From: Acidimicrobiales bacterium | GTDB lineage: Bacteria > Actinomycetota > Acidimicrobiia > Acidimicrobiales > SZUA-35 | NCBI GenBank assembly: GCA_965263455.1 | Contig: CBDHHN010000002.1 | Coordinates: forward strand, 6,938 to 70,937 | Length of the DNA stretch: 64,000 bases | Reading direction: 5' to 3' | Part shown: positions 16,610-26,475 of the stretch, piece after piece | Numbering within the stretch: position 1 is the first letter of the stretch | How the letters are laid out: each line of letters opens with the position of its first letter | Translations under genes and position numbers: made by a program | The notes under the pieces: model-generated | The model's database searches: none | Told to the model about the DNA's origin: nothing | What the model saw: only the letters and a program-made list of their open reading frames with translations

Positions 16610-18004
16610 TCAGGCCGGCGGTCGATCCGGGAGGGTGAGGCGGCGCGCCGGATGGCGGGCCGGGAGGTGAGGGCCGGCGCCCAGGATCTTGTCCCGCAGG
16701 GTGCCGGGGGTGTACTCGGTCTGCATCAGACCTCGCTCCCGCAGCACGGGGGCAACGCCGTCGACGAAGTCGACGAAGGTGCCCGGAGTGGTGGTGTAGA
16801 TCAGGTTGAAGCCATCGGCCCCGGCCTCGGCCAAGCGGGCGAACCGGTCGGCCAACTGCTCCGGAGTGCCGGTGAGGAAGGTGCCCGTCATCTGCCGCCG
16901 GGCCAGGTCGCCGAAGGTGACCGTCTTGTCCGGGAGCGACTCGATCAGGTTCGAGATCACCCCGGCAACGGCGTTGGTGGTGAAGTCGCCGATCGGCCGG
17001 TCGGGATCCACGGCCGACAGGTCCACCCCGACGGTGCCACTCAGGTGGACCAGGCCGCCCTCGACCGACAACTGCTCGGCCAGGTCGGCCTCCTTGGCCC
17101 GGGCCTCGGCCTCGGTTCCGCCCACCACGGGAGCCACGGCGGCCAGGAAGCGGATGTCCTCGGGACGGCGGCCGTGGCGACGGGCCCGGGTCCGCACGTC
17201 GGTCGCAGTGGCGGTCAGGGCCCGGGCGCCCCCGATGGTGAACACGCATTCGGCATGACGGGCGGCGAACTCCCGGCCCCGATCCGACGCCCCGGCCTGG
17301 AACAACATCGGGGTCCGCTGGGGCGACGGCTCGCACAGATGGGGCCCCGGCACCCGGTAGTGGGGTCCCACGTGGTCGATGGTGTGCACCCGGTCGGGGT
17401 CGGTGTAGATCCCGAGGTCGGGGTCGGCCACGACGGCGTCGTCGTCCCACGACAGTTCGAGGAGCTTGTAGACGACGTCCAGGTAGTCGTCGGCCCGGTC
17501 GTAGCGCCCGTCATGGTCGGGCAGGTCGTCGTAGCCGAGGTTGCGGGCCGCGCCCGGCAGGTAGGAGGTGACGATGTTCCACGCCACCCGGCCCCGGGTC
17601 AGGTGATCGAGGGTGCTGAGTCGGCGGGCGAACAGGTAGGGGTGATCGCCCAGCACCGAGGAGGTGAAGGCGAAGCCGAGATGCTCGGTGGCGTGGGCCA
17701 TGGCCGGGATCAGCAGTGCCGGATCGTTGACCGGGACCTGCATGGCGGTACGGAAGGCGGCGTCGGGACCGCCGCCGTAGCTGTCGTAGACGCCGGTGAC
17801 GTCGGCCAGGAACAGGGTGTCGAAGCAACCCTGCTCCAGGATTCGGGCCAGGTCGACCCAGGGGTCGAGGGTGGCGTACTCGCGCTGGCGGGTGTCGTCG
17901 CGGCCCCACAACCCGTGTTGGAGGTGGGAGACACAGTTCATGGAGAAGGCGTTGAACAACAGGCGCCGTGGCGTGCTCAGGTCGATCCTCCCCCGTCCGG
18001 TCAC
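16610..18004 (-). CDS. LLM-class flavin-dependent monooxygenase, NtaA/SnaA/DszA family
   Basis: LLFNAFSMNCVSHLQHGLWGRDDTRQREYATLDPWVDLARILEQGCFDTLFLADV is the family N-terminus. Confidence 0.92.
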   Translation of the reverse strand: MTGRGRIDLSTPRRLLFNAFSMNCVSHLQHGLWGRDDTRQREYATLDPWVDLARILEQGCFDTLFLADVTGVYDSYGGGPDAAFRTAMQVPVNDPALLIPAMAHATEHLGFAFTSSVLGDHPYLFARRLSTLDHLTRGRVAWNIVTSYLPGAARNLGYDDLPDHDGRYDRADDYLDVVYKLLELSWDDDAVVADPDLGIYTDPDRVHTIDHVGPHYRVPGPHLCEPSPQRTPMLFQAGASDRGREFAARHAECVFTIGGARALTATATDVRTRARRHGRRPEDIRFLAAVAPVVGGTEAEARAKEADLAEQLSVEGGLVHLSGTVGVDLSAVDPDRPIGDFTTNAVAGVISNLIESLPDKTVTFGDLARRQMTGTFLTGTPEQLADRFARLAEAGADGFNLIYTTTPGTFVDFVDGVAPVLRERGLMQTEYTPGTLRDKILGAGPHLPARHPARRLTLPDRPPA

Positions 18005-18142
18005 GGCTCACCGTAGCGGCCGACCCCGGGCTGGGCGAGCGGCGAGGGAGGGGGCGCCGGCGGGGTCGTCATCACCCCGGCGTCCAAGGTCGCTAGTCTC
18101 GACCCGAGGCGACCTGCAGGACCCCCCACCGGAAGGACGGTC

Positions 18143-19090
18143 GTGACTCCCGCGCTCAACCGACTCATCGGCATCGTCACCCTGGAGCAGCGGGAGCCCG
18201 ACCGGTTCCGGGGCGTCGGCTCCACCGCCGACGGGGTCGACGGCACCTTCGGGGGCCATTTCCTGGGCCAGGCCGTGGCCGCCGCCTCGGCCACCGTGGA
18301 TGGCGAACGACGGCTCCACTCCCTGCACGCCTACTTCCTCCGGGGCGGCCGACCCGGGACACCGTTCGACCTCGAGGTGGAACGGGTCAGGGACGGGCGC
18401 ACCTTCTGCTCCCGTCGGGTTCGCACCACCCAGGACGGCGGACCGGTCCAGTTCGAGTTGCTGGCCTCGTTCACCCGACCCGAGGACGGCCCCGAGCTGT
18501 GCCCCGATCCCCCGTTCGATCCGGCCGAGCTGCCCCCGCCGACCTCGCTCCCCCGCTACGGCGACCTGATGGCCTCCCTCGACCCGCTGCCCCTCCCGGA
18601 GTCGTGGGCCCTGCGCCAGTACGGACTCGACCTGCGCACGCTGCACGCGCCGTGGGTTCGGTCCGGGCCCAGCCCGACGGGCGGCATCCGACTCTGGGTC
18701 CGGGCCGAACACGACGAGCAGGCCGAGGGCGGATCAGGCGTCGGAGGCGATCCCGGCCTGCCCGACGATCCGGCCCTGCACCTGGCCCTGCTGGCGTACC
18801 AGAGCGACGAGTCGCTGGCCGATACCGTGGCCATGCCCTGGGGGGTGACGTGGGGGACACCGGGGGTGGCCTTCGTCAGCCTGGACCACGCGGGCTGGAT
18901 CCACCGTCCCCTCGACCTCAACCGCTGGCACATCCTGGACCAGCGGCCGATCTCGGTGGCCCGGGGCCGGGGGCTGGCCACGGCCTCGCTGTGGGACGAC
19001 GAGGGTCGCCTGGTCGCCACCTTCAACCAGGAGGCCCTGCTCCGGTTGCCGATCGACCTCGACCCGGATCACGAGGCCCACCATGGCTGA
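18143..19090 (+). CDS. tesB: Acyl-CoA thioesterase II
   Basis: TFGGHFLGQAVAAA, HSLHAYFLRGG and VRDGRTFCSRRV indicate a double hot-dog TesB. GTG start. Confidence 0.85.
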   Translation: MTPALNRLIGIVTLEQREPDRFRGVGSTADGVDGTFGGHFLGQAVAAASATVDGERRLHSLHAYFLRGGRPGTPFDLEVERVRDGRTFCSRRVRTTQDGGPVQFELLASFTRPEDGPELCPDPPFDPAELPPPTSLPRYGDLMASLDPLPLPESWALRQYGLDLRTLHAPWVRSGPSPTGGIRLWVRAEHDEQAEGGSGVGGDPGLPDDPALHLALLAYQSDESLADTVAMPWGVTWGTPGVAFVSLDHAGWIHRPLDLNRWHILDQRPISVARGRGLATASLWDDEGRLVATFNQEALLRLPIDLDPDHEAHHG

Positions 19091-21269
19091 CCCGTATCGT
19101 CGGCGGCCGAGCCTGGTCAACGTGGCCGCCGGCATCGTGTTCATGATCGGGATCGGTGCGGTGTCGGCCGCCTTCCTCGGCCCGGTGGTGTTCCCCGACG
19201 CCGGCTCCGACCGCTCGCCGACCCCGTCGGCCACCACCGTCCCGGTCGACGCGGTGGCGGCCCAGGCCGCGGTCGACGCCTTCGCCTCGGCCCTGGAGAC
19301 CGGCGACTTCGAAGCGGTGGCCTTCGCCGATGGGGTCATGAGCGAGACCGTGACCGACGACGTGGCCACCGCCACCGGGGGGCTGGGCGAGTTCGGGCTG
19401 GCCGTCAGCCCGGGGTCCGTGGCCGTGGTCGGCGACCGACTGGCCCAGGCCCCTCTCCAGCTGACCTGGACCTTCCCCGGGGCCATCGCCTGGACCACCG
19501 CCACCAACGTCACGGTCGAGGACGACGACGGGACCTGGGCCGTACGTTGGACTCCGGCCGTGCTCGAGCCCACCCTGGTTGCAGGCGACCGGCTGCGGCG
19601 GGAGCGGATCGCGCCGACGCGGGCCGAGATCCTCGGCCGCGACGGTTCGGTGCTGGTCAGCGACCTGAACGTGGTGCGGGTCGGCATCCGGCCCAGCCGG
19701 GTTCAGGACCTGCCCACCCTGCTGGCCGACATCAACGCCGTGCTACCGATCGACGCCGACGCGGTGACGGCCCAGGTCGAGGCGGCCCGGCCCGACGAGT
19801 TCGTGGAGATCGCGGTTCTGCCCCGGGCCCGGTACGAGAGCATCCGCGATCGGATCTTCCCGCTGCCCGGGACCGTGTTCGAGGAACAGACCCGGCCCAC
19901 CAGCGGCGATCCCACCCTGGCCCGGGCCCTTCTCGGCCGCTCGGGCGAGGTCACGGCCGAGATCATCGAGGACAACCCCGGACTGTTCGTCCCCGGCGAT
20001 TTCGCCGGGCTGTCGGGCCTGCAGGAGCAGTACAACCCGGTGTTGGCCGGCACCCCGGGCACGAGGATCTCGGTCCTGCGGACGAGCATCGACCCGTCCT
20101 CGACCACCACCGGCACGGGCCTGACCACGACGTCGGCCCTTCGCGATCCGACCACGCCCGAGGTCCTGGCCGTGGTCGACCCGACCCCGGGAGCCCAGGT
20201 GGTGACCACCATCGACCCCGTGGTCCAGGCCGCGGCCGAGGCGGCCCTCGATCTCCGACCCGAGACCACGGCCCTGGTGGCGGTGGAGGTGTCGACCGGT
20301 GACGTGGTGGCGGTGGCCAACGGGCCCCGGGGCGTCAGCGTCAACAACGCCCTGGCCGGGCGCTACCCACCGGGGTCGATCTTCAAGGTGGTCAGCGGCT
20401 ACGCCCTGTTGCGCGATCGGCTCGAGCCCGAAGGCCCGATCGACTGCCCCGGCGCCGTCACCGTGACCGGCCGCACCTTCCGCAACGCCGGGACCCTCGA
20501 CCTGGGCACGATCCCGTTCCGCACGGCGTTCGCCCTGTCGTGCAACACCGCCTTCATCAACGGGACCGTCGGCTACGGTCCCGACGTGCTGGCCGCGGCC
20601 GGCACCGACTTCGGGCTCGGGGTCGAGGCGCCGATCGGGGTCCCGGCCTTCACCGGCGCCGTGCCGATGACCGACGACGAGGTGGCCCTGGCGGCCACCG
20701 CCTTCGGCCAGGGGGAGACGCTCATGAGTCCGCTGTCGGCCGCCGTCATGGCCGCCACCGCGGCCGACGGGGTGTACCGCTCCCCCCGCCTCATCACCGC
20801 CCCCAATCCGGGAGCCCAGGTCGTGACCCAACTCGACCCCGATGCGGCCCGGGCCCTCCGCCAGGTGATGCGGGCCGTCGTCACCGAGGGCACGGGAGGA
20901 GTCGTGTCCGCGGTGCCGGGCCCGCCGGTCTCGGCCAAGACGGGCACGGCCGAATTCGGCAATCAGGTCCCACCCCAGGCCCACGCCTGGATCGCCGGAT
21001 ACCAGGGCAATCTGGCCTTCGCCGTATTCGTCGAGGGAGGCGAGTCGGGGGGCGGGGTCGCCGGTCCGGTCGCCGCCCGCTTCCTCGAGATCGTGGCCGA
21101 TCGGCCCGACCCCACGGCGCCCTCGGCCGATCCCTCCGACACCCCGGACACCACGTCGCCCGACGGCGACCCGCCTCCGACCTCGGTGCCATCGACCACC
21201 GCCCCGTCCACTACCACCACTACCACCGCTACTACGACCACTACCGAACCGGCCGGCGAGGACGGCTGA
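19083..21269 (+). CDS. Class B penicillin-binding protein with a MecA-N/NTF2-like N-terminal domain
   Basis: N-terminal TM helix. The three transpeptidase motifs are present: SxxK (GSIFKV), SxN (SCNTAF) and KTG (KTGTAE). The C-terminal tail is Thr/Pro-rich. The start overlaps the tesB stop (ATGGCTGA). Confidence 0.92.
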   Translation: MADPYRRRPSLVNVAAGIVFMIGIGAVSAAFLGPVVFPDAGSDRSPTPSATTVPVDAVAAQAAVDAFASALETGDFEAVAFADGVMSETVTDDVATATGGLGEFGLAVSPGSVAVVGDRLAQAPLQLTWTFPGAIAWTTATNVTVEDDDGTWAVRWTPAVLEPTLVAGDRLRRERIAPTRAEILGRDGSVLVSDLNVVRVGIRPSRVQDLPTLLADINAVLPIDADAVTAQVEAARPDEFVEIAVLPRARYESIRDRIFPLPGTVFEEQTRPTSGDPTLARALLGRSGEVTAEIIEDNPGLFVPGDFAGLSGLQEQYNPVLAGTPGTRISVLRTSIDPSSTTTGTGLTTTSALRDPTTPEVLAVVDPTPGAQVVTTIDPVVQAAAEAALDLRPETTALVAVEVSTGDVVAVANGPRGVSVNNALAGRYPPGSIFKVVSGYALLRDRLEPEGPIDCPGAVTVTGRTFRNAGTLDLGTIPFRTAFALSCNTAFINGTVGYGPDVLAAAGTDFGLGVEAPIGVPAFTGAVPMTDDEVALAATAFGQGETLMSPLSAAVMAATAADGVYRSPRLITAPNPGAQVVTQLDPDAARALRQVMRAVVTEGTGGVVSAVPGPPVSAKTGTAEFGNQVPPQAHAWIAGYQGNLAFAVFVEGGESGGGVAGPVAARFLEIVADRPDPTAPSADPSDTPDTTSPDGDPPPTSVPSTTAPSTTTTTTATTTTTEPAGEDG

Positions 21270-21385
21270 ACCCACCGGCCCGCCCGGGCCGACGACGGCA
21301 CGCCAACGCCGGCATCCGCCGGGGCCGACGACGTTGCGCCGGTGACACCCTCACCGCCGCCGGCGAGGGTGGGCGCCGAGGCCGA

Positions 21386-22501
21386 TCAGGACACGATGCT
21401 GGTGAGGACGGCGAAGGCGGGCACAGGGCGGCTGCTCTCCAGCCGGTGGGTCGGGGTGTCGATCTGGGTCGAGCCGCCACCGTCGAGCATCACGCCTTCC
21501 ACCACACCGAGTTCGAGGGCCCGATCGGCCAGCTGCGAGGCCGTCATCGATCGGGTGGCGATGATCACGATCTCGTCGTCGTTGTAGCCGATGAAGCTGT
21601 GCGAGCGACTGCGATTGGTGTAGCCCCCGTGCAGGTCGATGCCGGGGTAGGCGTCGGCCCGCTCCCCCTTGTGGATCAGGGAGATGCCGGACACGGCGGT
21701 GCGGACGCAGGGGTCGGCTTCGAACGTGGCGCCCATCCAGGTGTGGCCCAGGGCGCCGGGTCCGTGCTCGTCGCACCCGTCGCGGAAACCGACCAGTTGG
21801 CCCCGCTCGATGATGTCGGCCGTGCCCAGCAACCGACCGTCGACCACGACCGGGGCTTCCGGTGTGGCCCCGAAGAACCAGTTGGCGTTGACCACCACGT
21901 CGCCCGGGATCCGCCCGGCGTAGGTCCGGGGACCCACGGCGGCATCGAAGGCGACCAGGTCGCGGTCGGCCAGCACGGTCACGGTCGAGCCCTGGCGGCC
22001 CACGTTTATGCCGGGAACGACCTCGGCCAGGCCCCACTCCCGGGCCTTGCGGCACGTCCCGGACTCGACGATGGGCCACCGCTCGGCGAACTCGGGGGTC
22101 TGCGTCATCCAGGACACGACGGCGGCCCGACCGTCGGTGCCGATCAGTTCCATCCAGTAGGCGTGGCCCCCGGCGTCGGCCCGGCGACCGAGGAGGTTGT
22201 GGTAGACGGCGTCGAGGAAGGCGCTGTCGTCCAGGCCCCGGTACAGGTGGTCGTACTCGCGGCCCTGGGTCATCCAGTAGGCGACCTCCTCGCCGGTCAG
22301 CCCGTCGCGGCGGAGGCCGACCCAGTAGGCCAGGCCGGCCCGGTCGGCCTGGCGGCCGAGCAGGGTCCGGTAGAGGCGGGCGGTGTGGACGCCCACCCCG
22401 TCACAGGTGATCGACACCTCGGGAGCCCGGGGCTGGGCGCCGACCGGGTCGGCCTGGAGGAGGCCGGTGAGGACGAGAATGGTGACAACGATCCGCCGCA
22501 A
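21386..22501 (-). CDS. Secreted protein with two DUF4214 repeats and a phosphodiester glycosidase (NAGPA-like) domain
   Basis: Signal peptide present. The DUF4214 repeats are LYRTLLGRQADRAGLAYW and VYHNLLGRRADAGGHAYW. The C-terminus reads SFIGYNDDEIVIIATRSMT...MLDGGGST. Confidence 0.8.
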   Translation of the reverse strand: MRRIVVTILVLTGLLQADPVGAQPRAPEVSITCDGVGVHTARLYRTLLGRQADRAGLAYWVGLRRDGLTGEEVAYWMTQGREYDHLYRGLDDSAFLDAVYHNLLGRRADAGGHAYWMELIGTDGRAAVVSWMTQTPEFAERWPIVESGTCRKAREWGLAEVVPGINVGRQGSTVTVLADRDLVAFDAAVGPRTYAGRIPGDVVVNANWFFGATPEAPVVVDGRLLGTADIIERGQLVGFRDGCDEHGPGALGHTWMGATFEADPCVRTAVSGISLIHKGERADAYPGIDLHGGYTNRSRSHSFIGYNDDEIVIIATRSMTASQLADRALELGVVEGVMLDGGGSTQIDTPTHRLESSRPVPAFAVLTSIVS

Positions 22502-22648
22502 CTTCGATTACCACTTTCAGTAGCCGACAAGCACCGAAAGTAGGAATCAGCAGCAGGGTGATCGATGGGACGACGTGCTACGCCACAGGTGTCCAACTTC
22601 TCATCCGGAGGCCATCAACGTGGGCGGAACCACCCCCTTGACGCGACG

Positions 22649-22690
22649 GTGCGGGCCCCCTTCCCCCGGGTGGGAGAGAGGGGCCCGCAC
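22649..22690 (-). terminator. GC-rich hairpin downstream of glnK (likely intrinsic terminator, no U-tract)
   Basis: GTGCGGGCCCC...GGGGCCCGCAC forms an 11-bp perfect stem, 62 nt past the glnK stop. Confidence 0.55.
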
Positions 22691-22751
22691 GTCGAAGCTG
22701 CCTCGTTGCAACAGGTCCGAGCCTGGGGCCCGGGTTGGGGTGACCTTCCGG

Positions 22752-23117
<366 letters not shown>

Positions 23118-24536
23118 TCAGACGTTGATGCTGGTGGGCAGCAGGTCGGGGCCGTAGCCCGGGCTGCCGTGCTCGCTCACGTCGAGACCGGCCTGCTCCT
23201 CCTCCGGGCTGACCCGGAGCAGACCGGCGGCCTTGAGACCCATGAACATGGCCCCGGCGGTGGCGAAGACGAAGATGGCGATGGCGATGGCCCCGACCAG
23301 CTGGTCGACGAAGAGGTCGGCGTTGCCGCCCATCAGCAGGCCTGCGCTCTCGTCCGCCCCGTTGACCGGGGTCTGGCCGGCGAGAAGGCCGGTGGCCAGG
23401 AGGCCCCAGAACCCGGCCACGCCATGGACCGAGAAGGCGCCGACCGGGTCGTCGATGCCCAGGCGCTCGATCAGCAGCACCGACATCACCACGAGGACGC
23501 CGGCCACGGCGCCGGTGACCAGGGTCGACCAGGGACCGAACTCACCGATCCCCGAGCAGATGGCGACCAGGCCGGCCAGGATGCCGTTGCCCACCATCGA
23601 GACGTCGGGCTTGGGCATGGTGATCCACGAAGTGGCCAGGGCGGCGGCGCCGCCGGCGGTGGCGGCGAACGCCGTCAGAACGGCGATCACGGGCACGTTC
23701 ATGTCGGCCTGCAGCTGCGAGCCGGGGTTGAACCCGAACCAGCCGATGAACAGCAGGAACACACCGGCCATGGCCAGAGGAATGCTGTGGCCGGGCATGG
23801 CCCGGGGCTTGCCGTCGTCGCCGTACTTGCCGATGCGGGGGCCGATGACCATGGCCCCGGCCAGGGCGGCGAAACCACCGGTCATGTGCACCAGGCCCGA
23901 GCCGGCGAAGTCGATGAAGCCGGCGTCGTCGAGCCAGCCGCCGCCCCACTTCCAGCTGACCACGATCGGGTAGATGATGGCGGTGAGGATGATCGAGTAG
24001 CTGAGGTAGCCGACGAACTTGGTCCGCCCGGCCACGGCGCCCGACACGATCGTGGCGGCGGCGGCGGCGAAGGCGGCCTGGAACAGGAAGTCGACGGGCA
24101 CGGCCAGCGGGTAGAAGTCCTCGGAGGCCAGCGCCTCGGGGCTGACGTCCACCAGCACACCGCCGAAGAAGCCGTCGATGCCGAGACCGGCCGAGCCGAT
24201 CCAGTTGTTGAAGTCGCCGGGATAGGCGATGCCCCACCCGATGAGGGCGAACATCAGCACGCCGATGCACAGGTCCATCAGGTTCTTCATCATGATGTTG
24301 GCGGCGTTCTTGGCCCGGGTGAGGCCCGCCTCCAGCAGGGCGAAGCCGGGCTGCATCAGGAAGACCAGCACGGCGGCCAGGAAGATGAAGATGTTGTCGA
24401 GGACGACCATGTTCATGGCCTCGGCCCCGGTCGCCGCCGTGCGGTCGTACTGCTCGGCCTGGGCCGCCGCCGGTGCGGCCAGAGCCAACAGTGACCCCAC
24501 ACCAACGGTGAGTGCCAACAACAGTTTTCGTGTCAT
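23118..24536 (-). CDS. amt: Ammonium transporter
   Basis: 472 aa from MTRKLLLALTV (signal peptide). It has Amt signatures (FLMQPGFALLEAG, FDFAGSGLVHM-type, VHGVAGFWG). The extension of track ORF 23118-24689 is non-coding leader. Confidence 0.95.
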   Translation of the reverse strand: MTRKLLLALTVGVGSLLALAAPAAAQAEQYDRTAATGAEAMNMVVLDNIFIFLAAVLVFLMQPGFALLEAGLTRAKNAANIMMKNLMDLCIGVLMFALIGWGIAYPGDFNNWIGSAGLGIDGFFGGVLVDVSPEALASEDFYPLAVPVDFLFQAAFAAAAATIVSGAVAGRTKFVGYLSYSIILTAIIYPIVVSWKWGGGWLDDAGFIDFAGSGLVHMTGGFAALAGAMVIGPRIGKYGDDGKPRAMPGHSIPLAMAGVFLLFIGWFGFNPGSQLQADMNVPVIAVLTAFAATAGGAAALATSWITMPKPDVSMVGNGILAGLVAICSGIGEFGPWSTLVTGAVAGVLVVMSVLLIERLGIDDPVGAFSVHGVAGFWGLLATGLLAGQTPVNGADESAGLLMGGNADLFVDQLVGAIAIAIFVFATAGAMFMGLKAAGLLRVSPEEEQAGLDVSEHGSPGYGPDLLPTSINV

Positions 24537-24581
24537 GAGACTGCTCCTTGTCGCTTCAGGGCCAGAAGCTACGAGCAGGTC

Positions 24582-24608
24582 GTTTCCGCGGTGTTCTCGT
24601 CCCGTTAC
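24582..24608 (-). promoter_or_regulatory. GlnR-box-like element upstream of amt
   Basis: The minus strand reads GTAAC-gggacg-AGAAC-accgcg-GAAAC (5-n6-5-n6-5), 45 nt upstream of the amt ATG. It resembles the actinobacterial gTnAc-n6-GaAAc boxes. Confidence 0.5.
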
Positions 24609-24772
24609 GCCCTGAGGACACGCTTCTGTCGCTCTTCTTTCGCTCGCCTGTCGGCGGGCGGCCACCCGGACGCGACGAAACGGACCCACGCCGGGTCCGT
24701 CGGCGCCGTCCCCGCTCCCGGAGAGACGGGATTCTCGTCGGGCAAGAGTCCGAGCCCGCCAGGGCCCGACCC

Positions 24773-25243
24773 TCAGCCCCCCAGGACGTACCCGCGCTTG
24801 CGCACGGTCCGGATCGTCAGCCCCAACGGCTCCAGCCGCCGCCGCAGGCGCAGGACATGGACGTCGAGCACGTTGCGCTTCGGCTCCTCGCCGGGCCAGC
24901 CCCGCTCGATCAGCTGCTCACGGCTGACGACCTTGCCGAACCGCTCCAGCATGGCTCGCACCAGGCGGGCCTCGATCGGGGGCAGGGCGGCCCACACCTC
25001 GCCGTGGCGGAGGACGCCGTCCTCGTCGAGGGTCGGCTCCACCTCGGTCCGCCGGTCGAGGGCCTCGACCCGGGCCTGGAGATCGCGCTCGTCGGCCGGC
25101 AGACGGATCCAGTCCTCGAGGGGATCGACGGTGACCGGGGCCGGTTCCGAGGTCTCGACCAGAAGGATGCGGGGCTGGGCGCGCTCTCGGAGCAGAGCCC
25201 GTCGCTCGCGCTCCCCCGGCCAGTACACCAGCTCCACCTTCAT
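24773..25243 (-). CDS. Small OmpR/PhoB-type winged-helix DNA-binding protein with a truncated, receiver-less N-terminus
   Basis: 156 aa from MKVELVYWPG. The C-terminus LPPIEARLVRAMLERFGKVVSREQL...VLDVHVLRLRRRLEPLGLTIRTVRKRGYVL is a Trans_reg_C fold. The N-terminal segment of about 60 aa is too short for a receiver domain. Confidence 0.8.
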   Translation of the reverse strand: MKVELVYWPGERERRALLRERAQPRILLVETSEPAPVTVDPLEDWIRLPADERDLQARVEALDRRTEVEPTLDEDGVLRHGEVWAALPPIEARLVRAMLERFGKVVSREQLIERGWPGEEPKRNVLDVHVLRLRRRLEPLGLTIRTVRKRGYVLGG

Positions 25244-25265
25244 GGGCTCACCTAAGCAGCCGTGT

Positions 25266-25292
25266 GTTTCACCCTTGTTTCGTCGGGGTAAA
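25266..25292 (-). promoter_or_regulatory. Second GlnR-box-like element, upstream of the wHTH regulator gene
   Basis: The minus strand reads TTTAC-cccgac-GAAAC-aagggt-GAAAC, with the same 5-n6-5-n6-5 architecture as 24582-24608. It lies 22 nt upstream of ATG 25243. Confidence 0.45.
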
Positions 25293-25296
25293 TGCT

Positions 25297-25330
25297 CCGG
25301 TGGGTGCGACGTCGTTGGCGCACCCACCGG
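25297..25330 (-). terminator. Hairpin downstream of the transglycosylase-like gene
   Basis: CCGGTGGGTGCG-n10-CGCACCCACCGG forms a 12-bp perfect stem. Confidence 0.55.
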
Positions 25331-25360
25331 ATCGAACGGTGGCGGCCGACCCCCGTCGGG

Positions 25361-26182
25361 TCAGCCCCAGCAGTGCCTGGAGGCGTTCCAGGGACGAGTG
25401 CCGTCCCGCTGCCAGGTGATCAGGGCGGCCTCGTCCTGCTGCGCCGGACTGGCCAGATGGGCCTGAGACACCCCATAGCGGTCGGCGTGCCCGTAGGCGG
25501 CCCAACTCCCGGTCAGGAACTGGTAGGCGCCGCGGGCGCTGGAGGCCGGGTTGGCCGCCTGGTAGTTGTCGGTCGACTCGCAGAACCGGATCTTCAGCAA
25601 CACCGGCGGCACGAAGATGCCGTGACCGGCGTCGACGAATCCCTCCGGATGGGCCGGGGGGGCCGTGGTGGTGGTCTCCCCGCCCTCGGCCGGCTCGGCC
25701 GGGGCCGGAGCCTCGGTCGGCTCGGTCGGCGCCTCAGCTGGAGGGGCGGTGCTGGGCGCGGTGGTCGGGGTCGGCGTGGTCGGCGGCGCCGTCGGAGGCG
25801 GCGCCGCGGTGGTCGTCGGGGCCGGATCGGGGGCGGCCGACAGCACGCCTTGCCGGGGCCGCATCGGAGCCAGGCCCTCGAGGGCGCCGACGCCGCTCTC
25901 GTAGCGGGGCCGGATCGGCTCCACGTCGGCTGCCGCGACCTCCGCCTCCGATTCGGGGTCGGAGGTGGACGGCCCGGCGATGGGTCGCGACGACGAGGCC
26001 ACGGCCAGTGCCCGGCGGGCGGCCGAGTCGGCCTCGGCCCCGTCGGCCACCAGATCGGTCTCGCCACCGGTCGCGCCGGCGCCGAGGGCGAACCCTGCCG
26101 CCACCACGGCCATCAGCACGGCCAGGAGCAGCGCCCGACCGGGGCGCGGTGAATCAACAACAGATTGAAGAGGCATGCGCAT
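25361..26182 (-). CDS. Secreted transglycosylase-like (Rpf-like) protein with a Pro/Thr/Ala-rich linker
   Basis: MRMPLQSVVDSPRPGRALLLAVLMAVVAAGFALGAGA is the signal/anchor. The C-terminus is IRFCESTDNYQAANPASSARGAYQFLTGSWAAYG...WNASRHCW. Confidence 0.8.
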   Translation of the reverse strand: MRMPLQSVVDSPRPGRALLLAVLMAVVAAGFALGAGATGGETDLVADGAEADSAARRALAVASSSRPIAGPSTSDPESEAEVAAADVEPIRPRYESGVGALEGLAPMRPRQGVLSAAPDPAPTTTAAPPPTAPPTTPTPTTAPSTAPPAEAPTEPTEAPAPAEPAEGGETTTTAPPAHPEGFVDAGHGIFVPPVLLKIRFCESTDNYQAANPASSARGAYQFLTGSWAAYGHADRYGVSQAHLASPAQQDEAALITWQRDGTRPWNASRHCWG

Positions 26183-26475
26183 GCGTCCGTACTCCCATCG
26201 GTCGGGCCCGGCCCCGCCGGCCGGCGCCACCATTCGGAAACTCAGATGCGGATGCGACCACGAAGGTCAACGGAGAGGACCCTACCAACATTACGGAACG
26301 ATTACGCGTCGCGGTGTGACCGAAGTCACTCGGCCCGGTAGGGGCGTTCGTGGAGGCAATGGCGCCCGTTCTAGCCCAGCGCGGCCCCGGATCGTTGGAC
26401 CCGTCGTCGGGCCCGACGCCCTCGGCGCCCGGCCCCGGCGGGACCGGCCCGGGCCCGCTGTAGTACAAACGGTCC

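Noticed and set aside
24537-24689. N-terminal extension of the ammonium transporter (track start at 24689)
   Set aside because: The extension is basic and non-hydrophobic, and it covers the GlnR-box-like site. MTRKLLLALTV at 24536 gives a normal signal peptide and protein length.
26183-26475. ydaO (cyclic-di-AMP) riboswitch upstream of the Rpf-like gene
   Set aside because: The conserved ydaO sequence blocks are not present on the minus strand of this leader.
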